Translations under genes and position numbers: made by a program
Shown: piece after piece, positions 8,620 to 20,219 of the stretch
Position numbering within the stretch: the first letter of the stretch is position 1
Layout: every line of letters starts with the position of its first letter
Assembly (NCBI RefSeq): GCF_000195955.2
Contig: NC_000962.3
Location: forward strand, 60,001 to 92,000
DNA length: 32,000 nucleotides
Direction of reading: 5' to 3'
Source of the DNA: Mycobacterium tuberculosis H37Rv
Lineage (GTDB): Bacteria; Actinomycetota; Actinomycetes; Mycobacteriales; Mycobacteriaceae
The notes under the pieces: model-generated
Told to the model about the DNA's origin: nothing
Seen by the model: only the letters and a program-made list of their open reading frames with translations
Database searches by the model: none

Positions 8620-11559
8620 ATGGAGACAGGTTCGCCGGGAAAACGTCCGGTCTTGCCCAAGCGTGCCCGCCTGCTGGTGACGGCAGGCATGGGCATGCTC
8701 GCGTTGCTGCTGTTTGGACCCCGGCTAGTCGATATTTACGTTGACTGGTTGTGGTTTGGTGAGGTCGGTTTCCGCAGCGTCTGGATCACGGTACTGCTGA
8801 CCCGCCTGGCGATTGTCGCAGCGGTCGCACTTGTGGTGGCCGGCATTGTGCTTGCTGCCCTACTGCTGGCGTATCGCTCGCGGCCGTTCTTTGTACCCGA
8901 CGAGCCGCAGCGGGACCCGGTCGCGCCACTTCGCAGCGCGGTGATGCGCCGGCCGCGCCTGTTCGGGTGGGGCATCGCCGTCACGCTCGGTGTGGTGTGC
9001 GGGCTGATCGCTTCGTTCGACTGGGTGAAGGTTCAGTTGTTCGTACACGGGGGCACCTTTGGCATCGTGGACCCCGAATTCGGCTATGACATTGGGTTTT
9101 TCGTCTTCGATCTGCCGTTCTACCGGTCGGTGCTGAACTGGCTGTTCGTGGCCGTGGTTCTGGCGTTTCTAGCGAGCCTGTTGACGCATTACCTGTTCGG
9201 CGGCCTTCGGCTGACAACCGGCAGAGGCATGCTGACCCAGGCAGCTCGCGTTCAACTCGCAGTGTTCGCCGGCGCGGTTGTACTGCTGAAGGCGGTTGCC
9301 TACTGGTTGGATCGCTATGAGCTGTTGTCGAGTGGACGTAAGGAGCCGACCTTCACCGGCGCCGGCTACACCGATATCCACGCCGAGCTGCCGGCCAAGC
9401 TTGTGCTGGTGGCGATTGCGGTATTGTGTGCGGTGTCATTCTTTACCGCGATCTTTTTGCGCGACTTGAGGATTCCGGCGATGGCCGCCGCACTGCTGGT
9501 GCTGTCGGCGATCCTGGTCGGTGGACTGTGGCCGCTGCTGATGGAGCAGTTCTCGGTGCGTCCCAACGCCGCCGATGTCGAACGCCCATATATCCAACGC
9601 AACATCGAAGCGACCCGCGAGGCGTATCGGATCGGTGGCGATTGGGTCCAGTACCGTAGCTATCCGGGCATCGGTACCAAACAGCCGCGCGACGTGCCCG
9701 TGGATGTCACCACGATTGCCAAGGTGCGGCTGTTGGACCCGCATATCCTGTCCCGAACCTTCACCCAGCAACAGCAGCTCAAGAATTTCTTTAGCTTCGC
9801 CGAGATACTCGACATCGATCGCTATCGCATCGACGGTGAGCTGCAGGACTACATCGTCGGCGTCCGGGAGCTCTCGCCGAAAAGCCTCACCGGCAATCAG
9901 ACCGACTGGATCAACAAACACACCGTCTACACGCATGGCAACGGCTTCGTGGCCGCCCCGGCCAATCGGGTGAACGCGGCGGCCCGCGGTGCCGAGAATA
10001 TTTCCGACAGCAACAGCGGGTACCCGATATACGCCGTCAGTGACATCGCGTCGCTGGGTTCTGGGCGCCAGGTCATCCCGGTCGAGCAGCCACGGGTCTA
10101 CTACGGCGAGGTGATCGCCCAGGCCGATCCGGACTACGCGATCGTGGGCGGAGCCCCGGGGTCCGCGCCGCGCGAGTATGACACCGACACGTCCAAGTAC
10201 ACCTATACCGGCGCCGGGGGTGTGTCGATCGGAAACTGGTTCAACCGCACGGTGTTTGCCACCAAGGTCGCCCAGCACAAGTTCCTGTTCTCCCGGGAGA
10301 TCGGCTCGGAGTCGAAGGTGTTGATCCATCGCGACCCGAAGGAACGGGTGCAACGCGTGGCGCCGTGGTTGACCACCGACGACAACCCCTATCCGGTGGT
10401 GGTGAACGGGCGGATCGTCTGGATCGTCGACGCCTACACCACCTTGGACACCTATCCGTACGCACAACGCAGCTCGCTCGAGGGCCCGGTGACCAGCCCG
10501 ACCGGCATTGTGCGGCAAGGCAAGCAGGTGTCGTACGTGCGTAACTCCGTCAAGGCAACCGTGGACGCCTACGACGGAACCGTAACGCTGTTTCAGTTCG
10601 ATCGAGACGACCCGGTGCTGCGGACCTGGATGCGTGCCTTTCCCGGAACCGTCAAGTCCGAAGACCAGATTCCCGACGAGTTGCGTGCCCACTTCCGTTA
10701 TCCGGAGGACCTTTTCGAGGTCCAACGTAGCTTGCTGGCCAAGTATCATGTCGACGAACCGCGAGAGTTCTTCACCACCAACGCCTTCTGGTCGGTGCCC
10801 AGCGACCCGACCAACAACGCTAACGCCACTCAACCGCCGTTCTACGTCCTCGTCGGCGACCAGCAGAGCGCCCAGCCGTCCTTCCGGTTGGCGTCGGCGA
10901 TGGTTGGCTACAACCGCGAATTCCTCTCCGCGTACATCTCGGCGCACTCGGATCCGGCGAACTACGGCAAGCTGACCGTGCTGGAGTTACCCACCGACAC
11001 CCTGACCCAAGGCCCGCAACAAATTCAGAACTCGATGATCTCCGACACTCGGGTCGCCTCCGAGCGCACCCTGCTGGAACGGTCAAACCGGATTCACTAC
11101 GGCAACCTCTTGTCGCTGCCGATCGCCGACGGCGGCGTGCTCTATGTGGAACCGCTCTACACCGAGCGGATCTCGACAAGCCCGAGCAGTTCGACTTTCC
11201 CGCAACTTTCCCGGGTGCTGGTCAGCGTGCGTGAACCCCGCACCGAGGGCGGGGTCCGGGTCGGGTACGCACCGACCCTGGCCGAATCTTTGGATCAGGT
11301 ATTTGGGCCCGGCACCGGTCGGGTCGCCACCGCTCGCGGCGGTGATGCCGCCAGCGCGCCACCGCCGGGAGCCGGCGGGCCGGCACCGCCGCAGGCCGTA
11401 CCGCCACCGAGAACGACCCAACCGCCGGCCGCCCCGCCCCGGGGGCCGGACGTCCCCCCCGCGACGGTGGCCGAACTGCGGGAAACGCTGGCCGATCTGC
11501 GCGCGGTGCTCGACCGGTTAGAGAAGGCCATCGATGCCGCCGAAACGCCCGGTGGATAA
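8620..11559 (+). CDS. UPF0182-family large polytopic membrane protein (Rv0064 position)
   Basis: 979-aa ORF with SD GGAGTTAGGAGG. Multiple N-terminal TM helices, a large soluble region, a Pro-rich low-complexity tail (APPPGAGGPAPPQAVPPPRTTQPPAAPP), then a short helical end. Confidence 0.92.
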   Translation: METGSPGKRPVLPKRARLLVTAGMGMLALLLFGPRLVDIYVDWLWFGEVGFRSVWITVLLTRLAIVAAVALVVAGIVLAALLLAYRSRPFFVPDEPQRDPVAPLRSAVMRRPRLFGWGIAVTLGVVCGLIASFDWVKVQLFVHGGTFGIVDPEFGYDIGFFVFDLPFYRSVLNWLFVAVVLAFLASLLTHYLFGGLRLTTGRGMLTQAARVQLAVFAGAVVLLKAVAYWLDRYELLSSGRKEPTFTGAGYTDIHAELPAKLVLVAIAVLCAVSFFTAIFLRDLRIPAMAAALLVLSAILVGGLWPLLMEQFSVRPNAADVERPYIQRNIEATREAYRIGGDWVQYRSYPGIGTKQPRDVPVDVTTIAKVRLLDPHILSRTFTQQQQLKNFFSFAEILDIDRYRIDGELQDYIVGVRELSPKSLTGNQTDWINKHTVYTHGNGFVAAPANRVNAAARGAENISDSNSGYPIYAVSDIASLGSGRQVIPVEQPRVYYGEVIAQADPDYAIVGGAPGSAPREYDTDTSKYTYTGAGGVSIGNWFNRTVFATKVAQHKFLFSREIGSESKVLIHRDPKERVQRVAPWLTTDDNPYPVVVNGRIVWIVDAYTTLDTYPYAQRSSLEGPVTSPTGIVRQGKQVSYVRNSVKATVDAYDGTVTLFQFDRDDPVLRTWMRAFPGTVKSEDQIPDELRAHFRYPEDLFEVQRSLLAKYHVDEPREFFTTNAFWSVPSDPTNNANATQPPFYVLVGDQQSAQPSFRLASAMVGYNREFLSAYISAHSDPANYGKLTVLELPTDTLTQGPQQIQNSMISDTRVASERTLLERSNRIHYGNLLSLPIADGGVLYVEPLYTERISTSPSSSTFPQLSRVLVSVREPRTEGGVRVGYAPTLAESLDQVFGPGTGRVATARGGDAASAPPPGAGGPAPPQAVPPPRTTQPPAAPPRGPDVPPATVAELRETLADLRAVLDRLEKAIDAAETPGG

Positions 11560-11588
11560 GCCGGCATTCTTAGCCGGTGAACTCCGCT

Positions 11589-11828
11589 ATGGCTACCATT
11601 CAAGTTCGGGATTTGCCCGAAGATGTCGCCGAAACCTATCGACGGCGCGCCACCGCAGCGGGGCAGTCGCTGCAGACGTATATGCGCACCAAGCTCATCG
11701 AAGGGGTGCGGGGCCGAGACAAGGCCGAGGCAATCGAGATCCTGGAACAGGCGCTCGCCAGCACTGCCAGCCCAGGCATCAGCCGGGAGACCATCGAGGC
11801 ATCCCGGCGGGAGCTCAGGGGTGGATGA
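11589..11828 (+). CDS. vapB1: VapB1 antitoxin (RHH/Phd-like)
   Basis: MATIQVRDLPEDVAETYRRRA is a typical VapB N-terminus. The stop overlaps the start of the downstream PIN gene. Confidence 0.85.
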   Translation: MATIQVRDLPEDVAETYRRRATAAGQSLQTYMRTKLIEGVRGRDKAEAIEILEQALASTASPGISRETIEASRRELRGG

Positions 11829-12222
11829 ATGTGTAGTCGACGCGGCGGCCGTGGTTGACGCTCTCGCCGGCAAGGGCGCCAGCGCGATCGTTCTGCGCGG
11901 TTTGCTCAAGGAGTCGATTTCTAACGCGCCGCATTTGCTGGACGCAGAGGTCGGACATGCACTCCGCCGCGCCGTGCTCAGCGACGAAATCTCCGAAGAG
12001 CAGGCTCGCGCCGCGTTGGATGCCTTGCCTTATCTCATCGACAATCGTTACCCGCACAGCCCACGACTGATCGAATACACATGGCAGCTAAGGCACAACG
12101 TCACGTTCTACGACGCCCTTTACGTCGCACTGGCCACCGCACTGGATGTCCCGCTGCTCACGGGCGACTCGCGGCTTGCGGCCGCGCCGGGCCTTCCGTG
12201 CGAAATCAAACTCGTTCGGTGA
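11821..12222 (+). CDS. vapC1: VapC1 PIN-domain ribonuclease toxin
   Basis: GTG at 11821 overlaps the vapB1 stop by 8 nt. PIN acidic residues occur in the expected contexts (VVDAAAVV, FYDALYVALA, LLTGDSRLA). 133 codons. Confidence 0.85.
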   Translation: MDECVVDAAAVVDALAGKGASAIVLRGLLKESISNAPHLLDAEVGHALRRAVLSDEISEEQARAALDALPYLIDNRYPHSPRLIEYTWQLRHNVTFYDALYVALATALDVPLLTGDSRLAAAPGLPCEIKLVR

Positions 12223-12273
12223 CATCCCTTTGCGGGACGCCAATGGCGCCGTCGTAGCCGGGCCAGCCCGTCG

Positions 12274-14511
<2,238 letters not shown>

Positions 14512-14628
14512 GGTGTTCTCCCGGCGTCACTGTCGGTCAGATGCTGAATCACTCCGCGTTGTAGCGGCGGTTACCAGTATCGCGGATTGCGCCGCACATG
14601 ATTCGGGCGGTGTTCTGCGCGACGACGA

Positions 14629-15198
14629 TCACTTTCTGTTTGCCCGAAGGCCGTCGAGGGCGACGTCGGTCACCTTTGCGGCCAACTCAGCGTTGTAGCT
14701 CTGCATCGCTTGGCAGCCGACTAGGAGCGTCTTGACTTCAAGCACGTCTACGTCCGGCCGTACGGTGCCGGCGCGCTGGGCGGCGCGCAACAGGTCGGTG
14801 AGCAGGTCCAAGAAATCTGCCTCGGCTTCCGGGGCCGCGCTGCTGATTTCAATCCCGACGCCGGCCAGCGCCTCGACCAGGCCGCGATCGGTGGCGCCCC
14901 ACTGCAATACCATCGACCGCAGGAATGCAAACAGCGCGTCGCCGGGATGCTTGGATTTGAGCAGGGCATGTCCCTTGTCGATGATGCGGTGCATCCGGTC
15001 GGCGATCACCGCCTGAAACAGCGCCTCCTTGGTCGGGAAATGCCGGTATACCGTGCCTGCGCCGACTCCGGCGCGCCGAGCGATCTCGTCAACGGGCACC
15101 GATAGACCGTCGGCCGCAAAGGTTTGGTAGGCAACCTCCAATACGCGTGCCCGGTTACGGGCCGCGTCGGCACGCACCCGCCGGTCAGTAGGAGCCAA
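14629..15198 (-). CDS. TetR-family transcriptional regulator (Rv0067c position)
   Basis: 189 aa with a TTG start. N-terminal HTH RNRARVLEVAYQTFAADGLSVPVDEIARRAGVGAGTVYRHFPTKEAL. Confidence 0.9.
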   Translation of the reverse strand: MAPTDRRVRADAARNRARVLEVAYQTFAADGLSVPVDEIARRAGVGAGTVYRHFPTKEALFQAVIADRMHRIIDKGHALLKSKHPGDALFAFLRSMVLQWGATDRGLVEALAGVGIEISSAAPEAEADFLDLLTDLLRAAQRAGTVRPDVDVLEVKTLLVGCQAMQSYNAELAAKVTDVALDGLRANRK

Positions 15199-15251
15199 GT
15201 CGTACCTCCGAAAGCCTTGACAAAGCGGGGCGCGCGTTCCGTATAGTTCGG

Positions 15252-15277
15252 CTAAGCGGAGCGCTCGCCCCGCTTAG
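15252..15277. promoter_or_regulatory. Candidate TetR operator: 26-bp near-perfect palindrome in the Rv0067c/Rv0068 divergent spacer
   Basis: CTAAGCGGAGCG-CT-CGCCCCGCTTAG has 12-bp arms with 1 mismatch. A third half-site, AAGCGGGGCG, lies at 15223-15232. Confidence 0.45.
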
Positions 15278-15300
15278 TCAAAGCATAGCGAGGAGCCCTC

Positions 15301-16212
15301 ATGACCAAATGGACTGCCGCCGACATTCCTGACCAGACCGGCCGGACCGCCGTCATCACGGGGGCCAACACCGGACTTGGATTCGAGACCGCCGCAGCGC
15401 TTGCCGCCCATGGTGCACACGTGGTGCTGGCTGTGCGCAACCTCGACAAGGGCAAGCAGGCGGCGGCACGCATCACCGAGGCCACCCCCGGCGCCGAAGT
15501 AGAGCTTCAGGAGCTTGACCTGACCTCGCTGGCGTCGGTGCGCGCCGCCGCGGCACAGCTGAAGTCTGACCACCAGCGCATCGACCTGCTGATCAACAAC
15601 GCCGGGGTGATGTATACACCCCGACAGACCACAGCAGACGGCTTCGAGATGCAGTTCGGCACCAACCACTTGGGCCATTTCGCGTTGACCGGCCTGTTGA
15701 TTGATCGACTGCTGCCCGTCGCCGGTTCACGAGTGGTCACCATCAGCAGCGTCGGCCATCGCATCCGTGCCGCAATCCATTTCGACGACCTCCAGTGGGA
15801 ACGCCGGTACAGGCGGGTCGCCGCCTACGGCCAAGCCAAGCTCGCCAACCTGCTGTTCACTTATGAACTTCAGCGTCGGTTAGCACCGGGCGGAACCACC
15901 ATCGCGGTCGCGTCGCACCCGGGAGTGTCCAACACCGAAGTGGTCCGCAACATGCCACGGCCGCTCGTCGCGGTGGCGGCCATACTGGCGCCGCTGATGC
16001 AAGACGCCGAACTGGGGGCCCTGCCGACATTGCGTGCCGCCACCGATCCCGCGGTGCGCGGCGGCCAGTACTTCGGACCCGATGGCTTCGGTGAAATACG
16101 GGGCTACCCGAAGGTGGTGGCCTCCAGCGCCCAGTCTCACGACGAGCAGCTGCAGCGCCGCCTGTGGGCTGTGTCCGAAGAGCTCACCGGGGTCGTCTAT
16201 CCCGTCGGATGA
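15301..16212 (+). CDS. Short-chain dehydrogenase/reductase (Rv0068 position)
   Basis: 303 aa with SD GAGGAG. TGANTGLG cofactor motif, NNAG, YGQAK catalytic motif. Confidence 0.92.
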   Translation: MTKWTAADIPDQTGRTAVITGANTGLGFETAAALAAHGAHVVLAVRNLDKGKQAAARITEATPGAEVELQELDLTSLASVRAAAAQLKSDHQRIDLLINNAGVMYTPRQTTADGFEMQFGTNHLGHFALTGLLIDRLLPVAGSRVVTISSVGHRIRAAIHFDDLQWERRYRRVAAYGQAKLANLLFTYELQRRLAPGGTTIAVASHPGVSNTEVVRNMPRPLVAVAAILAPLMQDAELGALPTLRAATDPAVRGGQYFGPDGFGEIRGYPKVVASSAQSHDEQLQRRLWAVSEELTGVVYPVG

Positions 16213-16236
16213 GCCGGACTCAACGGCAACGGTTGG

Positions 16237-17622
16237 TCAACACTCGACGATGTTGACTGCGACGTTGATGGCGAGCCCGCCGGCCGAGGTTTCCTTGTAC
16301 TTGGTGTGCATGTCCGCGCCGGTGGCGCGCATGGTGTCGATGACCTGGTCGAGGGTGACGCGATGGATGCCGTCGCCGCGCAATGCCATCCGTGCGGCGT
16401 TGATGGCCTTGCCGGCGGAAATCGCGTTGCGTTCGATGCAGGGGATCTGCACCAGCCCGGCGATGGGGTCACAGGTCAGGCCGAGGCTGTGTTCCATGGC
16501 GATCTCGGCGGCGTTTTCCACTTGTCGCGGTGTGCCGCCGAGGATTTCAGCCAATCCGGCGGCGGCCATGGCGGCCGCGGAGCCGACCTCGCCCTGACAG
16601 CCGACCTCGGCTCCGGAGATCGATGCTCGCTCCTTGAACAACGATCCGATGGCTCCAGCAGTGAGCAGGAATCGCACGGTGACATCGTCGGGGTCCCCCG
16701 CGCCGGCCGACGTGTAGTGGATTGCGTAGTGCAGGACCGCCGGCACGATGCCGGCGGCACCGTTGGTCGGGGCGGTGACGACGCGCCCACCGGAGGCGTT
16801 CTCCTCGTTGACTGCCAGCGCGACCAGGTTGACCCAGTCCTCAGCGAATTCCGGCTTGCGAGTGGGGTCTTCGGCGTTCAAGCGGTCATACCACACCTTC
16901 GCTCGCCGGCGCACCCGGAGGCCGCCAGGAAGCAACCCTTCGCGAGCGATGCTCCGCTGTTCGCACTCAACCATGACGTCGCGCAGGTGCAGCAGCGCGG
17001 CGCGTACCTCGTTCTCGGTGCGGCAACATGTTTCGTTGCGCAGCGCCGCTTCGCTAATTGACACGTCGAGGCGGTCACAGATGTCCAGCAGTTCTTGGGC
17101 CGACACGTAGGGAAGGGCAACTGAGCATGGATGTTGGCCGCTGTTGCCGCTGGTCTGTTCCGTGACGATGAACCCTCCGCCCACCGAAAAATAAGTCTCG
17201 GTGGCCAAGACGCGGCCGTGTGGGCCCGCGGCAGTGAACGTCATTCCGTTGGGATGCGTTGGCAGAACGATGTCGGGATGCAGGTCGATATCACGCTCGG
17301 TCAGCGGGACCGGAATGACACCGCCGATTCGCGTCACGCCGGACGCTGCGATCTCGGCGAGCCGGCGTTCCTTGTGTTCGGTGGTAATCGTTTCTGGCTG
17401 GCAGCCTTCCAGCCCCAGCAATATCGCCGACATGGTGCCATGACCGGCTCCGGTGGCCGCGAGCGAGCCGAACAGATCCACTCGCATCGCCTCGAGGTCA
17501 TCCAGGTGGCCCCGGCGGCGCAGCGCAACTACGAACTGGTTTGCCGCGCGCATCGGTCCCACGGTGTGGGAACTGGACGGCCCGATGCCGATGGTGAACA
17601 GGTCGAAGACGCTGATGGTCAT
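16237..17622 (-). CDS. sdaA: L-serine dehydratase (iron-sulfur type, fused alpha/beta)
   Basis: Start at ATG 17622 ([24 protein letters not shown]), 461 codons. ATGA overlap with the glyA2 stop. The 597-aa track ORF is an upstream read-through into glyA2. Confidence 0.93.
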
Positions 17623-18896
17623 GTCCGGTGCAGTTCCGGGTAGAGCGGATAGCGTGCGGCCAGCCGCTGGACCTGGGCGCGCAGCGGACCCAGCTGGTCG
17701 TCGTTGGTGGCCGTCAGTGCCGCCGCGATGAGGTCTGCCACGGCGCGGAAGTCGTTGTGGGAGAAGCCGCGTGCGGCCAGCGCCGGGGTGCCGATTCGCA
17801 GGCCCGAGGTGATCATCGGGGGACGAGGGTCGAAGGGTACCGCGTTGCGGTTGACGGTGATGTCCACGGCGGCCAACCGGTCTTCGGCTTGCTGGCCGTC
17901 GAGTTCGGCGTCGCGCAGGTCGACTAGGACGAGGTGCACATCGGTGCCGCCGGTTAGCACCGCGATGCCACGTTCGGCGACGTCGGGCTGGGTCAACCGG
18001 CCGGCAAGGATGCGCGCGCCGTCGAGGCAACGTTGTTGGCGCTGCGCGAATTCAGGTTGTGCTGCCATCTTGAATGCGGTGGCCTTGGCTGCGATGACAT
18101 GCTCGAGCGGCCCGCCCTGCTGCCCAGGGAAGACCGCGGAATTGATCTTCTTGGCGATGGCCGGGTCATTGCACAAGATGATGCCGCCGCGGGGCCCGCC
18201 GAGCGTCTTGTGAGTGGTGGAGGTGACGACGTGGGCGTGCGGCACCGGGCTGGGGTGCACGCCAGCGGCGACCAGGCCGGCGAAATGCGCCATATCCACC
18301 ATGAGCACGGCGTCGACTTCGTCGGCGATGGCGCGGAAGCGGGCGAAATCCAGCTGGCGTGGGTACGCCGACCAGCCGGCGATGATCATTTTGGGCCGGT
18401 GTGTGCGCGCTGCCTCGGCGACGGCATCCATGTCGACCAGGTAGTCCTCTTTGGACACCTCGTAGGCGGTGGCGTGGTAGAGCTTGCCGGAAAAGTTGAT
18501 CCGCATCCCGTGGGTCAGGTGACCGCCATGAGCCAGCGACAACCCCAGGATGGTGTCGCCGGGGTTTAGCAGCGCATGCATGGTGGCGGCGTTGGCGGTG
18601 GCCCCCGAATGTGGTTGCACGTTGGCGTATTCGGCGCCAAAGAGCGCTTTGACGCGGTCGATAGCCAACTGCTCGACACCGTCGACGAATTCACAGCCAC
18701 CGTAGTAGCGCCGGCCCGGGTAGCCTTCGGCGTACTTGTTGGTCAAGACCGAACCTTGGGCCTGCATCACGGCCAGCGGTGCATAGTTCTCCGAAGCGAT
18801 CATCTCCAAGCCGGATTCTTGACGGCGCAGCTCGCCGTCGATCAGGGCGGCGATGTCCGGGTCGAAGGCGGTCAGGGAGTCGTTGAGGGTGTTCAT
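17619..18896 (-). CDS. glyA2: Serine hydroxymethyltransferase (second paralogue)
   Basis: 425 aa with typical SHMT blocks ([46 protein letters not shown]). 4-nt overlap with sdaA. Confidence 0.95.
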
Positions 18897-19097
18897 CAGC
18901 TCAGTCCGGTCTGTTCGGCGTACTCGGGGGCGGTCAAGGGTGTTCCCGGAGCAATCGGCTGCCCGGCCAAATGGGCATCCGGCGGCCGCGACATCGTTTC
19001 GGCCACGGCGAGGTCGCCAACAGTTCGATCGTGCGGTTCAGACAAGGGCCAACTCCGGTTTCGACGAGCCCGGATCGCGCCGGGCTGGTTGCGCCCT

Positions 19098-19290
19098 CCC
19101 CGCTCTGTCCTGAAACCTGAGAGTCTGCGGCGTCGCATCATGGCGCCGCTCTACACCTTCGGTCAGGCACGGTCGGTGCGACCGTCCCTGTCTCCAGAGT
19201 TGCCTCGGCGGTGTGGTGCTTGGGCCTGAGAGATTCTCGGGGAGGAGATTGCTCCTACGGCGCCTCGACATGGAGGTTCTCCCACATCGC
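19098..19290 (-). promoter_or_regulatory. Tandem glycine-riboswitch-like aptamers in the glyA2-sdaA leader
   Basis: Minus-strand read. Unit 1: GGGAGA...CGCCGUAGGAGCAAUCUCCUCC...AAUCUCUCAGGC. Unit 2: ACUCUGGAGA...ACCGAAGGUG...CUCUCAGGUUUCAGGACAG. These match the conserved glycine-aptamer cores as I remember them. Confidence 0.7.
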
Positions 19291-19320
19291 GTCAGCGGCT
19301 GTTCGATTGTGACGGAAAGC

Positions 19321-19350
19321 AACATACACACCACGCATGTGTTTTGTCAC
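19321..19350 (-). promoter_or_regulatory. Candidate sigma-A-type promoter for the riboswitch/glyA2 transcript
   Basis: Minus strand: GTGACA (19350-19345), an 18-nt spacer, TATGTT (19326-19321). It sits about 30 nt upstream of the first aptamer. Confidence 0.3.
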
Positions 19351-19485
19351 CCTGCGGTCGGTGGTAGTCGGACGGCCCAATCAGACAGCGCGGGTCATAT
19401 CACGCGTTCGTGCACAGTTGGGTGTTTATCCACAGGGGTGCGTTTGTCGGCGGCTGGCGGGGCGTGGCGGCGATAGCATTCGAAT

Positions 19486-20193
19486 ATGAGTTCGATCACG
19501 GTGTCGGTGGACCCGGTGGACCCGGTGGACCCGGTGGACCCGGTGGACCCGGTGGACGCCGTGGTCGCCGCGGGATCAGACGGGCTCACTGTGGCCCGCA
19601 TCGAGTCCGAGATCGGGGCCTTGGAGTTCCTGAACGAACTGCGCACTGAACTCAAGAGTGGACAGTTTCGACCTCAACCGGTGCGGGAACGCAAGATCCC
19701 CAAACCGGGCGGGTTGGGCAAGGTACGGCGGCTGGGGATTCCCACAGTGGCCGACCGGGTCGTTCAGGCGGCGTTGAAACTGGTGCTAGAACCCATCTTT
19801 GAGACCGACTTCGAGCCGGTCTCCTACGGGTTTCGGCCCGCGCGACGCGCGCACGACACGATCGCTGAGATTCACTTGTTCGGCACCCAGGAGTATCGCT
19901 GGGTGCTCGACGCTGATATCAAGGCGTGCTTTGACCGCATCGACCACGCGGACCTGATGGACCGGGTGCGTCACCGGATCAAAGACAAGCGGGTGTTGCG
20001 GCTGGTGAACTGGCAGCGCATTCGGCATCGCTGGAATTGGACCGACGTCCGCCGCTGGCTCACCGACCCCACCGGGCGGTGGCACCCCATCAGCGCGGAC
20101 GGGATCACCCTGTTTAACCCCGCCGCGGTGCCCATTCGGCGATACCGCTATCGGGGCAACACGATCCCCACTCCCTGGACTCAGGCTGTCTGA
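19486..20193 (+). pseudogene. Internally deleted group II intron reverse transcriptase/maturase (Rv0071 position)
   Basis: 235-aa ORF. RT N-terminal blocks are present (RPQPVRERKIPKPGG, LGIPTVADRVVQAAL, YGFRPARRAHD, WVLDADIKACFDRIDH), then the sequence jumps to the extreme C-terminal tail (LFNPAAVPIRRYRYRGNTIPTPW). No YADD block or thumb domain. Confidence 0.8.
19507..19569 (+). repeat. 9-bp tandem repeat (GTGGACCCG x5 perfect, plus GTGGACGCC and GTGGTCGCC) encoding (VDP)n
   Basis: Directly visible in the sequence. In frame near the N-terminus of the Rv0071 ORF. Confidence 0.95.
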
Positions 20194-20219
20194 ACCACCC
20201 CATCGGCAGATTCCGTGAA

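Noticed and set aside
9436-10947. 503-aa minus-strand ORF inside the UPF0182 gene
   Set aside because: It is antisense to a well-supported 979-aa gene, has no recognisable motifs, and shows typical GC-driven absence of stops.
11623-11820. 199-aa version of the vapC1 frame
   Set aside because: The upstream part lies out of frame over vapB1 and is Arg/Ser/Pro-rich. The GTG at 11821 gives the expected 133-codon PIN protein with the typical stop/start overlap.
12223-12273. Bidirectional terminator between convergent vapC1 and icd2; similarly 16213-16236 and 27134-27207
   Set aside because: I could find only short, imperfect GC palindromes without U-tracts, and could not support a terminator call.
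16237-18030. 597-aa version of the serine dehydratase ORF
   Set aside because: The extra 136 N-terminal codons are Arg/Pro-rich and lie entirely inside glyA2 in another frame. The ATG at 17622 gives the canonical [19 protein letters not shown] start and an ATGA coupling with glyA2.
18896-19141. 81-aa minus-strand ORF, and a 32-codon uORF from ATG 18994 whose TGA shares one base with the glyA2 ATG (TGATG)
   Set aside because: The long form runs through the riboswitch aptamer 2 region, so it is unlikely to be translated. The short uORF has no SD and no supporting evidence. The stop/start overlap is suggestive of coupling but could be chance, so it is kept only as a note.
19438-19442. GTGCG pentamer as the 5' splice-site end of the group II intron
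   Set aside because: A 5-nt match is expected by chance in GC-rich DNA, and no domain I-III structure follows it. The true 5' end is probably deleted.
19507-19569. Possible CRISPR-like array
   Set aside because: It is a pure 9-bp tandem repeat with no spacers, in frame within an ORF, and there are no cas genes nearby. It is a minisatellite.
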